This document shows, piece after piece, positions 27,548 through 37,318 of a stretch of 42,151 bases of DNA (position 1 is its first letter; every line of letters begins with the position of its first letter). A program made the translations under genes and the position numbers. The DNA lies in IMG/VR virus record IMGVR_UViG_3300037604_000080, positions 1 to 42,151 of that record, one strand, 5' to 3'. The stretch is from a virus (lineage: Duplodnaviria; Caudoviricetes). Under the pieces are notes generated by a model. The model saw only the letters and a program-made list of their open reading frames with translations. It made no database searches and was not told the origin of the DNA.

Positions 27548-28230
27548 TGGCGCGCGAGATCCTGACCGTCCCGCGCAGCCTTGTTCGGTCCAGCGGCATC
27601 AACTGGACCCTCGACCATCGCGGCCAGGACGCGGGGCCGACGACGAACAACATCAACCAGATGTTCACCTCGGCTTTTCCGCACTGGACGGGGCAGCCGA
27701 AACTACACCTGCACCGGGCGGCGATCCTGCATTGGCGGGCTGTTGTCAGCATGGCGCGCGGGCGCGAACGGGTGATCCGCCTGCCGATGATCGACCCGCT
27801 GGGGACGGACTGGGCGGCGATGGCGGGCAGCAACGCCACGCAGGGCGTGCCCTTTTCCGAAGGCCAGTATTTCTCGAACGGGCTGGGGTTTGCCTACACT
27901 CCGTTCGGGCTGGCGGTCGGCGCCCATGCGATCGGGGCCACGCAGATCACCGTCGATTACGCGCCCACGGGCACGCCGGTCCAGATGGGCCAGCGGCTGA
28001 GCCACGACGACTGGCCCTTCGAGGTGGTCGGCGTGTTGGACACCAGCGGCACGGAACAGACCCTGCAGGTGGAACCCTGCCTGCGCAGCGCGGTCAGCGA
28101 TGGCGATGTCGTCCATTTCGAGGCGTTCGGGCTGTTCGAGCTGGTCAACCCGACCGGCGCCGCGCCGCATTACGCGCGCGATCACCGCGCCCGGCCGGAG
28201 ATCGCGCTGCGCGAGGTGGTGACGCGATGA
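27547..28230 (+). CDS. Distal tail protein
   Basis: Position after the tape measure gene; beta-rich. Confidence 0.65.
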   Translation: MAREILTVPRSLVRSSGINWTLDHRGQDAGPTTNNINQMFTSAFPHWTGQPKLHLHRAAILHWRAVVSMARGRERVIRLPMIDPLGTDWAAMAGSNATQGVPFSEGQYFSNGLGFAYTPFGLAVGAHAIGATQITVDYAPTGTPVQMGQRLSHDDWPFEVVGVLDTSGTEQTLQVEPCLRSAVSDGDVVHFEAFGLFELVNPTGAAPHYARDHRARPEIALREVVTR

Positions 28231-28817
28231 GCTTTTTCCCCAGCGGCTACGACTTTCGGGCGCAGTCGCAGCGCCTGCTGCACCTGGCCAATGTCAACAC
28301 GCCGGACGGCAACTACGGGTTCATCCTGGGCGCCGATGGCAAGTTCACCGACATCGACGGCAAGACCTGGTGGGGGTCGCGCCTGGTGCAGGCGGATGCG
28401 CTGGGGTTCGGGCTGAACGGGACGGCCAAGGCCAGCAGCGTGTCGCTGTCCTTTTTCGAGGACCCGGTTGATCCATCCGACCTGGTGACGCAGATCACCG
28501 ACCTGGGGTCGGCCTACGTCAAGGGGCGGGCCTTTACCCGCTACCTGCAGGTCTTCGACAGCGTGGAACATATGTATGCGCCCGTGTATGCGCCGCGCCA
28601 GGTCACGCAACTGACGATGGATCATATCACCATCGACGCGCCCGATGACGTGGTCCGGGTGATCCGCCTGCACATGGAAAGCCCGTTCCGGGTGCGCAAC
28701 GGCGCGCGGCGGCTGGTCTACAACACGACCGACCATTCCCGGCAACTGGGAGAGGACAACCCCAGCTACGAGTTCATCCCGACCGAACCCCGGCAGGAAA
28801 AGAGCATCATCGGATGA
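28227..28817 (+). CDS. Tail tip/hub protein
   Basis: GAGGT RBS with ATGA overlap; position. Confidence 0.65.
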   Translation: MSFFPSGYDFRAQSQRLLHLANVNTPDGNYGFILGADGKFTDIDGKTWWGSRLVQADALGFGLNGTAKASSVSLSFFEDPVDPSDLVTQITDLGSAYVKGRAFTRYLQVFDSVEHMYAPVYAPRQVTQLTMDHITIDAPDDVVRVIRLHMESPFRVRNGARRLVYNTTDHSRQLGEDNPSYEFIPTEPRQEKSIIG

Positions 28818-29251
28818 CCCGGCTGCAACTCTTCATCCAGGGCTGGCTTGCCGAGCCGGCCCGCTGGGGTGTGTCCGATTGCTGCCTGTCGGCGCTGGAC
28901 TGGGCGGGGCAGGTGCGCGGCCTCGACCTGACCGAGGACCTGCGCCTGACCTACGAGGATGCGGCCCAGGCGCAGCGCGTCACGCGGTTCTTCACCCAGC
29001 CCCTGCGGCTGGCCTCCGAGATCCTGGAGGGCAGGGCGGGCCTGTCCCCGGTGCGCGCGGCAGTGCGCGGGGACGTGGCCGTGTTCAAGCTGTTTCACCC
29101 CGGGCGGGGGCAGGTGATGCCGGTGGGCGGCATCTGCATCGCGCCGGGGCTGTTTGCCTGTCGGGGGGAACCCGGCGGGCAGGAGCCGATGCATTCGGTG
29201 CGGCCGGAAAGGATCATGCGCGCATGGGAGGTGGGATATGACGGGGCGTAG
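28814..29251 (+). CDS. NlpC/P60-like tail-tip protein (DUF6950-like)
   Basis: WGVSDCC motif; RGDV.V; ends RAW.V. Confidence 0.7.
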   Translation: MTRLQLFIQGWLAEPARWGVSDCCLSALDWAGQVRGLDLTEDLRLTYEDAAQAQRVTRFFTQPLRLASEILEGRAGLSPVRAAVRGDVAVFKLFHPGRGQVMPVGGICIAPGLFACRGEPGGQEPMHSVRPERIMRAWEVGYDGA

Positions 29252-31472
29252 AAGGCTGCTGGGGGCGCTGCTGCTGACAACGGCACTGTCGGCGCCCGCG
29301 CCCGCGCAGGCCGGGCCGGTGGTGGGGTTCGTCGCCGGGCTGGTCCAGGGGATCACTGGGCTGTCGCTGGGCGTCTCGGCGTTGGCGCCTGGGTTCGTGA
29401 CGGGCGTCCTGGCGTCGACCTACGTCACGGGGTTCTTTGGCACGCTGGCGGGGCGTGCCTTGCTGGCCCTGGGAACCTCGGCCCTTGTCTCGGCCCTGAC
29501 GCCGCAGCCGGAACTGCCCAAACCGTCGCAGCGCCTGTCGAATTACATCCAGTCCGCCGCGCTGATGGAACGCGCCTATGGCAAGCTGCGCAAGGGCGGG
29601 CCAGTGGGCTTCCGCTCCGGGCTGGTCGACAACCGGCGGCACATGACGGTGACCCTGGCCGCGCATCCCACCAATGGGCCGGTGGCGCATTTCCTCGACT
29701 TCGAAGAGGTGACGGTCAACGAGGTCGGAAACGTCGTGTCGGACCGCTACAGGCGCGGTGCCTATTCCGCGACCGACACGGAACGCGGGTCTTACGTCAA
29801 TCTGCGCACATACACCGGCGGACCGTCGCAGGCGGTGGATGCGATCCTGGACGCCGAGTTCGCCGAGATCACCGCCAACCATGACTTTGCCGGGCACAGC
29901 TACGCGGCCATCCAGTACCGCCGCGCCGCCGCCGAAAAGGCGCTGAAGGTCTACACCCAGGGGCGCGAACCGGACTACGCCCCGGTCTGGGAGTTCTGGA
30001 ACGAGATCTACGACCCGCGCGACGACAGCACCGGCTACAGCAACAACTGGGCGCTGTGCTTTGCGCATGAGCTGGTCAACGTCTGGGGGTTCGAGGTCGA
30101 CTGGGACCGGGTCGCGATCGAGGCCGATGTCTGCGACGAAAGCGTGACCAACCGCGACGGCGGATCGCAGGCGCGCTACACCTTCAACCACACATTCACC
30201 GACGACCAGAACTTCGAACAGGTCCGGGCCCAGTTCATCGCCGCGGCCAACGGGTTCATCTGGCAGCGCTCGGACGGCAAGGTGGATTTCTACGCCGGGC
30301 GCTGGATCGCACCGACCCTGACCCTGACCGCCAGCGATTTCGAGTCGCTGTCGATGGTCGAGGGCAACTTCGGGATGAACCCGCCGACCGAGTACGTTGC
30401 CGAGTACCGCGAACCCGGCAATGCCTACAGAGAGACGCCGTCTGCGCCGTACATCGTCGATGCGGAGGCGCCCCGCATCGCGCGCCCGCTGGCGATCTAC
30501 GGCATCGACAACCACAACCAGGCGCTGCGCGTGCTGAAACCCTTGGCCCGGTCGGAACGGGCACCCATCAAGCTGTCCGGCACCCTGCGCCTGGCGGGTT
30601 TCGAGGTCATCGGCGGGCGGGAATGGTCCGAGGCCAGCGGTGGCGCGCGCCAGTTGGCGCACCGCTTCGTCACGGTGCAGCACCCGATCTTGTTGCGGGA
30701 CGTGACCTGCGAGGTCTCGATGATCGAGATGAACGCCGACGGCACCAGTTTCCAGATCGAGCTGGCCGAAAGCGTCGAGGACGACTGGGCCTTCACCGCC
30801 GCGACCGAAGAACCGGCGCCGCCCAGCTACAACAACGACGATGTGTCCGGATCCGACCCGGTCGATCCGATCACCGACCTTGCCGGGGCCGTGGTCGAGG
30901 GCACGGGCGGGGTTGCGCAGATCGTGTGGACCTGGACGGCGCCGGATGACCTGTTCCCGGTCCTGCGGCTGCGCCGCGACGGCGACGAATGGGTCGAGGT
31001 CGAACTGCAGGAAGGCGCGAGCGAATACATCCAGACCGGGCTGGTGGACGGGGCCACCTACGAGGCGCAGATCCGCGCCCGCACCTCGGGCTATGACGTC
31101 AGCGAGTGGAAGCCGGACACGCCGCTGTCGGTGGTGGCGGTGGCCAATACCACGGCGCCGGCGGCGCATGGGTCCGGCAACCTGTCGGTGTCCAAGTCCG
31201 GCAGCGACGTGACCGTGGCCTTCACCGCGCCCGATGATGCGGCCTACTACGCTACCCGGATCTATCGGGCGGATTATGCCGCTGCCTATTCCGGCCCCTT
31301 CGACCTCGGCGACGCGGTGCTGGTGCGCACGGAATACGGTCTGCCGGACGCAGACGACGAATGGCTCGACGCCTCGCTGGCGGCGGGCGTCTACGCCTAC
31401 TGGGTCGCGCCGATCAATGCCTCTGGCATCGAGGGCGACGAGACCGGCCCGGAAACCATCGAAATCACCTGA
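29238..31472 (+). CDS. Central tail tip protein (gpJ-like) with FN3-like domains
   Basis: 745 codons; GLVDGATYEAQIRAR...SEW FN3 pattern. Confidence 0.8.
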   Translation: MTGRRRLLGALLLTTALSAPAPAQAGPVVGFVAGLVQGITGLSLGVSALAPGFVTGVLASTYVTGFFGTLAGRALLALGTSALVSALTPQPELPKPSQRLSNYIQSAALMERAYGKLRKGGPVGFRSGLVDNRRHMTVTLAAHPTNGPVAHFLDFEEVTVNEVGNVVSDRYRRGAYSATDTERGSYVNLRTYTGGPSQAVDAILDAEFAEITANHDFAGHSYAAIQYRRAAAEKALKVYTQGREPDYAPVWEFWNEIYDPRDDSTGYSNNWALCFAHELVNVWGFEVDWDRVAIEADVCDESVTNRDGGSQARYTFNHTFTDDQNFEQVRAQFIAAANGFIWQRSDGKVDFYAGRWIAPTLTLTASDFESLSMVEGNFGMNPPTEYVAEYREPGNAYRETPSAPYIVDAEAPRIARPLAIYGIDNHNQALRVLKPLARSERAPIKLSGTLRLAGFEVIGGREWSEASGGARQLAHRFVTVQHPILLRDVTCEVSMIEMNADGTSFQIELAESVEDDWAFTAATEEPAPPSYNNDDVSGSDPVDPITDLAGAVVEGTGGVAQIVWTWTAPDDLFPVLRLRRDGDEWVEVELQEGASEYIQTGLVDGATYEAQIRARTSGYDVSEWKPDTPLSVVAVANTTAPAAHGSGNLSVSKSGSDVTVAFTAPDDAAYYATRIYRADYAAAYSGPFDLGDAVLVRTEYGLPDADDEWLDASLAAGVYAYWVAPINASGIEGDETGPETIEIT

Positions 31473-31485
31473 CAGAGAGGCGAGC

Positions 31486-34362
31486 ATGGCTGTTGCTCTT
31501 CCCGCCCGCACTACGGTGCTGGGCCTTCCCAATCGTGCGGACAATCAGATCGACCTGACCCTGCTGGCGGCGCTGCTGGAGTATTTCGAGAGCCTGCTGG
31601 GCTCGGCCATCGGCTATTACGAGGACAATCTTGCCGATCTGCCCACGGCCTCGGGTGTGACCGATGGCAGCTTCGCGGTGGTGCTGAACGATGCCACGGC
31701 CTCGAACCGCGGCGTCTACCAGGAACAGTCCGACGCATGGGTCAAGGTCGCCTCCTTGCCGCCCGGTTTTACGACGACGGATTCAGGCGGGGTCTTTGTT
31801 GCCGGCGGGCCGGTCGCTGTTGCCACGACGTCGAACATCACGCTGAGCGGTGAACAGACCATCGACGGTGTGGCGACGAACAGCAGTCGCGTATTGGTCA
31901 AAAATCAGACGTTGCCCAGAGAAAACGGCATCTACGTCTCCGGTTCTGGCGCCTGGACGCGGTCGTTGGACATGGATTCCGCAGAAAAGGTCGCGCGGGC
32001 TATGGTCCAGGTGTCAGCTGGCACGCAGAACGGTCTGACGGTATGGGTCACCTATTCGTCAGTGGTTTCTTTGGATACCGACGCCATCACTTGGACCCAG
32101 GCTGCCAACCTGACGGGCCTGAGTGAGGCACTGGTTCTTGACAGTGGAGGAAATCTGAACGTCGATTCCGGGCTATTCTATATCGACACGTCTCTGAACC
32201 GCGTTGGCATCAATACGTCGTCCCCTCAGCACCAGTTTGACGTCTCCGGGACTATTCAGGTCAAGGGCGGCTTGGCTGGGATGTATTTCTACGAGACGGA
32301 CGGCGATACGGCGTTCAACAAGGAGTTCCTCGTACTCAGCGGTGGAAATCTGGCCCTGCAGACTCGGGACGAGAGCGGGACGTTCGTCGCCTCTGACTGG
32401 ACTATGGCGCGAGACGAGAACGGGGCCACGCGGTTTGATTGGAGCATCGGTGGTAGCCTGCAGATGCGGCTAAACGATGTCGGTCTGGCTGTTGGGCACG
32501 TCAGCCCATCGTCCGAGCTGGACGTTGCGGGCGACATCGAAGCATCGGGGGTCATCGGCGACAAGAAGCATTTCATGTCGGTCGCATCTGCGCTGACCTG
32601 GTGCGGGGCCAACACGCCGACAGTCGGCACGGAGATCACCATCCATTCTTCCAACACGGAGAACTCGTTGGTTCGGCTGAAGTATGTCGGTACTGGCTCG
32701 CACTTCTATAGTTCAAATCTAGATGGGTGGGTGCCGGTTGGCACCATTACCCTCGGCACTTTCTTCGCGCGAGGCGACGGGACCACGAATGACGTGGTGC
32801 GCATCCAGAACGCCATCGACTACGTGTTTTCCATCGGGGGCGGGACGATCTACGGCGACCCAGGATGCAACTACCTGGTGAGCGGCGACCTGGAAATCCA
32901 CCAAAACGTCGCCCTCGTCAGCCACCGAGCGCTTGGCTATGCGCCCGGCCTCACGGTGCAGGCATCTGTCCCGTTCGGCAGCGGTATTTTGGTTGATACG
33001 GCGGTGCAGTCGGTGGACGAGGGCGGCACCAAGTACCGCCCGGAACCCACCGCGATACCGTTCACCACGACATCGACCTTCAACAGCAGCCAGTGGATCG
33101 ACGTGCTGGCCAGCAACGGTGGCGAGACGACCTATCGGGTAGACATGCCGACGGGGAGTAGCACGGGCAAGATACTCCTGACCTCGACAAGCTCGATCTA
33201 CGTCTATGGCGCCGCGAGCCTGCGGGGGTGGCACATCCACCAGGACGGCCTCGGCTACCACCTTGCCGACGAGAGCGGTTTCTCGGGCACGGCGGTCATC
33301 ATCGTGGAGGACCAGACCCGCATACAGGACAACTTTATCTCCGGGTTCGAGTACGGGATCGTCAACTACGGCGGTGGTCGCGGTCAGATCAACGGCAACC
33401 ACCTGGATTGTGTCAACGGGGTTCTCATCGACGGGGCCTATGGGATCCCCTACCTGTTCCAGAATCACTGCTGGCCGTGGCTGACGGTTGGGAACGATGG
33501 GGGCGGCGGCGATGATTTGCTGCGGACCGGGACAGCCTTCATGATCGTGCACGGCGACTGGGCGCGCGTGACCGACTGCTTTGCCTATGGGTATTTGCGA
33601 GGATTCGACATTCGCGCCAACAGCGTGTCCCTGACGTCGTGCGGGTCGGACAACTTCAACACGACCCCGGAACCAAACAGCATCGGTTTCTTCATCTCCG
33701 CCAGCCGTGGGACTATGGTTAACTGCCGCGCTGCGGGCGCGGATAATCAGGCTGTGCGGGTCAACAACACTGGCTCTGCCGACATGTTCAATATTGAGGG
33801 TCTTGCCGTCTGGGGTTCGGCCATCAACGACGCAATCTTGGTAGAGGCCGGGACTGTCGCGCTCGGCAACAGCCAGATCTATGATGCCCTGAACGGTGTA
33901 CGGGTTGCCAGCGGCGCCAAGTTCATCGAAGTCGGTGGCAATAACTTTGAGGTCACGAACGAGATCGTCATTGATGGTGCTCAGGACACCAGCAGTGTTC
34001 AGATCGCGCCGTCCGTGTCTAACAAGGCCGACGGGTCGTCCCGTGTCGTCTTGGGTGGCGGGGCATCGTTTGGCCTCGCCTCGATTGCTGCGGCGAGTAC
34101 GCTTGACCTGCCCATTGAGGGCTCTGTTTTCGAGGTTACGGGCAACAACGGCGGCACGCCCATCGGGGGGATCAACGGGGGCTGGGCGGGCCGCGTGGTC
34201 ACCCTAAAGATGACAGCAGACCCGACATTCACGCATTCCACCGGCGGCGCAACGGATGATGTCCGGCTAGCTGGTGACGCGAACTTCTCGGCAGCGGCGG
34301 ACACGACACTGACGATTTTGCATGACGGGACCCAGTGGTTTGAGATAGGCAGGGCAGCCTGA
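31486..34362 (+). CDS. Tail fibre/tailspike with pectate-lyase-like beta-helix (candidate depolymerase)
   Basis: GAGAGG RBS; NITLSGEQTIDGV...RVLVKNQT..RENGIY module; GDGTTND...IQNAID beta-helix cap; Asn/Gly/Ile-rich repeats. Confidence 0.82.
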   Translation: MAVALPARTTVLGLPNRADNQIDLTLLAALLEYFESLLGSAIGYYEDNLADLPTASGVTDGSFAVVLNDATASNRGVYQEQSDAWVKVASLPPGFTTTDSGGVFVAGGPVAVATTSNITLSGEQTIDGVATNSSRVLVKNQTLPRENGIYVSGSGAWTRSLDMDSAEKVARAMVQVSAGTQNGLTVWVTYSSVVSLDTDAITWTQAANLTGLSEALVLDSGGNLNVDSGLFYIDTSLNRVGINTSSPQHQFDVSGTIQVKGGLAGMYFYETDGDTAFNKEFLVLSGGNLALQTRDESGTFVASDWTMARDENGATRFDWSIGGSLQMRLNDVGLAVGHVSPSSELDVAGDIEASGVIGDKKHFMSVASALTWCGANTPTVGTEITIHSSNTENSLVRLKYVGTGSHFYSSNLDGWVPVGTITLGTFFARGDGTTNDVVRIQNAIDYVFSIGGGTIYGDPGCNYLVSGDLEIHQNVALVSHRALGYAPGLTVQASVPFGSGILVDTAVQSVDEGGTKYRPEPTAIPFTTTSTFNSSQWIDVLASNGGETTYRVDMPTGSSTGKILLTSTSSIYVYGAASLRGWHIHQDGLGYHLADESGFSGTAVIIVEDQTRIQDNFISGFEYGIVNYGGGRGQINGNHLDCVNGVLIDGAYGIPYLFQNHCWPWLTVGNDGGGGDDLLRTGTAFMIVHGDWARVTDCFAYGYLRGFDIRANSVSLTSCGSDNFNTTPEPNSIGFFISASRGTMVNCRAAGADNQAVRVNNTGSADMFNIEGLAVWGSAINDAILVEAGTVALGNSQIYDALNGVRVASGAKFIEVGGNNFEVTNEIVIDGAQDTSSVQIAPSVSNKADGSSRVVLGGGASFGLASIAAASTLDLPIEGSVFEVTGNNGGTPIGGINGGWAGRVVTLKMTADPTFTHSTGGATDDVRLAGDANFSAAADTTLTILHDGTQWFEIGRAA

Positions 34363-34628
34363 TGGAGCAATTTGTCCGTGATTGGGCGGGCGCGCTTGCC
34401 GCGCTCGTCGGGATCGCCTTTGCTTGGCGCCTTGGGATCGCGCAGAACGCGTGGAAAACCCAGCAGCTCGAAAAGGAGCTGTCCGAGATCAAGGATCGCG
34501 TGAAGTCCTTGGAGGCGCACAGGCTGTCTGACGTCGAGATTCTGGCCACAATTCAGACTACGCTCACGCAGATGAGCCGCCTGCTTACGGAAATCCGCGA
34601 AGAGCTAAAGACCAAGGCGGATAAGTGA
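34362..34628 (+). CDS. Putative holin (single TM plus coiled coil)
   Basis: N-terminal TM; ends KADK; lies upstream of the endolysin. Confidence 0.55.
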   Translation: MEQFVRDWAGALAALVGIAFAWRLGIAQNAWKTQQLEKELSEIKDRVKSLEAHRLSDVEILATIQTTLTQMSRLLTEIREELKTKADK

Positions 34629-34731
34629 AGCACTGGCTGGCGCTGCACCTCTGGGGCCTCTGGCGCCGGGGGCCGCTGCCGCCGCGCGCGCTGCTGCGCG
34701 ACGACACATCCGACAATTGAAAGGACTCGGC

Positions 34732-35484
34732 ATGAACAAGACCATCGCGGCGGTCGAACCGCTGCTGGCGGTTCTGCGCCTGCACGAAAGCGCCGACGAT
34801 TACGGCGCCGTCTGGGGCGGGATCAAATCGCAGGACCATCCGCCGCGCCCGCTGGTCGAGATGACCGTGGGGCAGGTGCTGGACTGGCAGGACAGCATCG
34901 ACCGCCTGTACCAGAGCGAGGCGGCGGGTGCCTACCAGATCCTGGAGGACACGCTGCGCGGGCTCTACCGCGAGGCGGGCGTGCCCCTGACCGCCCGGTA
35001 CGACCGGGCCACGCAGGACCGGCTGGCGCTGGGGCTGCTGCGGCGGCGGGGCCTGGACGACTTCCTGGCGGGACGGATCTCTGACGCGGCCTTTGCGCTG
35101 TCGCTGGCGAAAGAGTGGGCCAGCCTGCCGGTGCCGCATGACATCCAGCGGCTCGGGCGCACCGTGCGCGCCGGGCAGAGCTATTACGCGGGTGACGGGC
35201 TGAACAAGGCGCACGCCGGCATCGACGAGGTCATGACCGCCCTGCGCCAGATCCGCGCCACGCCGCAGCCGGACCCCAAGGACCCGGTGACCGCGCGGAT
35301 CGACAAGGCGCTGGCGGAAGGGGCCAAGGCGGCGCCGGGCCTCGGGGCAGGGGGCACGGCGGGATACCTGCTGCGCGACGCGCCGCCCTGGGCGCTGGAC
35401 GCGGCCTGGGGGCTGGGCCTGTTCCTGGCTGGTGCGGTCGGCCTGCTGGTCCTTGCGCGCGTCTGGAAGGCGGTGCGGAAGTGA
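34732..35484 (+). CDS. Endolysin (lysozyme fold) with C-terminal hydrophobic helices
   Basis: HES...Y, AAGAYQIL..TL, Y...TQD.LA, LAKEWASLP and SYY.GDGLNKA motifs. Confidence 0.85.
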   Translation: MNKTIAAVEPLLAVLRLHESADDYGAVWGGIKSQDHPPRPLVEMTVGQVLDWQDSIDRLYQSEAAGAYQILEDTLRGLYREAGVPLTARYDRATQDRLALGLLRRRGLDDFLAGRISDAAFALSLAKEWASLPVPHDIQRLGRTVRAGQSYYAGDGLNKAHAGIDEVMTALRQIRATPQPDPKDPVTARIDKALAEGAKAAPGLGAGGTAGYLLRDAPPWALDAAWGLGLFLAGAVGLLVLARVWKAVRK

Positions 35485-35768
35485 CCCGCATCATCGCCCG
35501 CGAAACCTCGGTCGAGTTCAAATGCCCCGGCTGCGGCTGGACGCACATGCTGAACACCGGCCCGGGCCGCCCGCGCTGGACCTTCAACGGCGATCTCGAT
35601 CGGCCCACGCTGTCGCCCTCGATCAACCACCGGCAGGAATTCACGGCGGCGGACCGGCCCGCCCGCGTCTGTCACAGCTTTGTCGAGGATGGCCGCATCC
35701 GGTTCCTGCCGGACAGCACGCACCAGCTGGCGGGGCAGACCGTCGACCTGCCGGAGATCGGGGCGTGA
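35481..35768 (+). CDS. DUF6527-like Zn-binding protein
   Basis: CPGC..H...WTFNGD..RPTLSPSI...CHSFV.DGRI.FL.D.TH.LAGQTV.LP. Confidence 0.75.
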   Translation: MTRIIARETSVEFKCPGCGWTHMLNTGPGRPRWTFNGDLDRPTLSPSINHRQEFTAADRPARVCHSFVEDGRIRFLPDSTHQLAGQTVDLPEIGA

Positions 35769-35986
35769 CCCGCCTTGCGATCGCGCTGGCACTGGCCGCC
35801 AGCCTCGCCGCCGGGATCTACGCGCTGGGGCGGCGCGACCACGCCCGGGACATCCAACAGGAGAATGATGATGCCACGAAAGCCGCGATCTGGGCGGAGC
35901 TGGGCCGCCGCGACTGTGTTGCTGCTGGGGGCCTGTGGGATTTCGCAGCCGGAGAGTGTGCCGGGCCTGACAGCGACCCTCGGTGA
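35765..35986 (+). CDS. i-spanin (Rz-like)
   Basis: GTG start overlapping the previous stop; N-terminal TM; C-terminal Cys pair. Confidence 0.65.
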   Translation: MTRLAIALALAASLAAGIYALGRRDHARDIQQENDDATKAAIWAELGRRDCVAAGGLWDFAAGECAGPDSDPR

Positions 35987-36140
35987 TGCGCTGCCCGGCG
36001 CGCAGGGCCTGACGATCGAGGACCAGGAGCGGATCGACGAAACCGTCGCGCGCGGCTGCGCGGCCGGTGTCTGGACCCGCGCCCACTGTGCCGATCACAC
36101 GCCGGCGAGTGCCGTACGGCGGGCGGAGCTGGCGCAGTGA
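35868..36140 (+). CDS. o-spanin (Rz1-like lipoprotein), overlapping the i-spanin
   Basis: AGGAG RBS inside Rz; lipobox LLLGAC. Confidence 0.65.
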   Translation: MMPRKPRSGRSWAAATVLLLGACGISQPESVPGLTATLGDALPGAQGLTIEDQERIDETVARGCAAGVWTRAHCADHTPASAVRRAELAQ

Positions 36141-36253
36141 AGATCGCCCAACGCTTGCAAAGACGTTATCTACGCCAGGCCGGAGTCGATGCCCTCATCG
36201 CGGTTCCCGGTTTGTGAGATCCTGCACGCGCGCTCGAAAAGCTGCGGAAACCG

Positions 36254-37318
36254 TCAGTCTTCGGGCTCAGGTCGCTCCGACAGGAGCAGTCCGACCTGTT
36301 GGACTTTCAGCGCTCCCTTCTTCAGTACGACCGCAAAAACAGTTTGACCGGGAGGAAACTTGCGGACGACCTCCTTGAGGTTCTCTGCATTTACGGGGAT
36401 GCCGTTGATCGAGGTAATGATGTCGCCGGCTTCAAGCCCCACGTTCTTCGCGGCCATTCCATCTTTAATGCCCGATACGTAGACACCGACGGATGTAGAA
36501 TCCTGGCTAGGCCCGAAACCGGCTTGCTTACCAATCGAGTTGAGGACCATGTCAGGGTAGAGCTCTGCAATCGTATCTTCGCTTTTTGTGCTGTAAGTTA
36601 TGCCGATAACCGATTGGAAAGGGCCTGAGGTTTCGTAGATCTTTGCTGGATCGGAGATGTTCGAAAAATTGCAGGGATCTTTCGATTCCATGATGTCTCC
36701 GAAAGCTCTGAACTCCCGCTCCATCTTCTCTTTGTCTTGGGTCAAGATCCAAGCCATAGTCCCGGGATAGCTTAGGGGCAGCTTCATTATAGCGCTCTGA
36801 AGACGATCCTCGTTCCCGCCGAGACTGAAAGCAATGAAAACGGCTTCTTCGGCCAGGTCCCGCAGGCTTCCGGAAAACCAGGTTGGTGCATGAGAAAGGG
36901 CGCAATCCACTTGCCGGGGATGGATGCCAACGAGGAGTGGAAGGGCATAAAACGGCTCTTCCTTGATCGAGTAAGCGTCGTACGCAGCGGACGGGAGTTC
37001 CCGGCCATTGATCGGTACATCTATTGTCTTGGTGGAGCCGTCTCTTGAGGTAAGCGTCACAGATACCTTTTGGTTGCCATCGATGCCGGCCTTCTGAACT
37101 GCTGCGATGACCGCTTCACCGGTACAGACCTTGAAAGTATCGACTTTCTCGATGACATCGCCACTCACGATGCCCGCGTTTCGGGCCATGTCGGATCTTA
37201 CCTCGTCAACCTGAACACTGCATTTCTTGGATGTATCGGAAACTCTTACCCCCATGTAATAGTTTGCGAATACCGCGTTGGGGAGCAGAAGGAAAACGGC
37301 GAGAAACAAGTGCTTCAT
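36254..37318 (-). CDS. Secreted protein with two PDZ domains (cargo)
   Basis: Signal peptide MKHLFLAVFLLLPNAVFA. PDZ motifs at both ends: YMGV...ARNAGIVSGDVIEKVD and GVYVSGI..G.AAKNVGLEAGDIITSING. Lower GC; opposite strand to the late genes. Confidence 0.8.
   Translation of the reverse strand: MKHLFLAVFLLLPNAVFANYYMGVRVSDTSKKCSVQVDEVRSDMARNAGIVSGDVIEKVDTFKVCTGEAVIAAVQKAGIDGNQKVSVTLTSRDGSTKTIDVPINGRELPSAAYDAYSIKEEPFYALPLLVGIHPRQVDCALSHAPTWFSGSLRDLAEEAVFIAFSLGGNEDRLQSAIMKLPLSYPGTMAWILTQDKEKMEREFRAFGDIMESKDPCNFSNISDPAKIYETSGPFQSVIGITYSTKSEDTIAELYPDMVLNSIGKQAGFGPSQDSTSVGVYVSGIKDGMAAKNVGLEAGDIITSINGIPVNAENLKEVVRKFPPGQTVFAVVLKKGALKVQQVGLLLSERPEPED

Noticed and set aside
15425-31544. Long minus-strand ORFs (e.g. 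15425-17425, 19167-20735, 25439-27325, 29214-31544)
   Set aside because: Shadow ORFs of GC-rich structural genes: Arg/Pro/His-rich, with no motifs or RBS.
14902-34362. Gene transfer agent cluster
   Set aside because: Integrase, repressor switch, origin and cos-type terminase indicate a true temperate phage.
31486-36140. Diversity-generating retroelement or invertible tail-fibre cassette
   Set aside because: No reverse transcriptase, invertase or duplicated TR/VR segment seen.
36254-37318. DegP/HtrA protease
   Set aside because: PDZ domains are present, but no trypsin-like catalytic motifs are visible.
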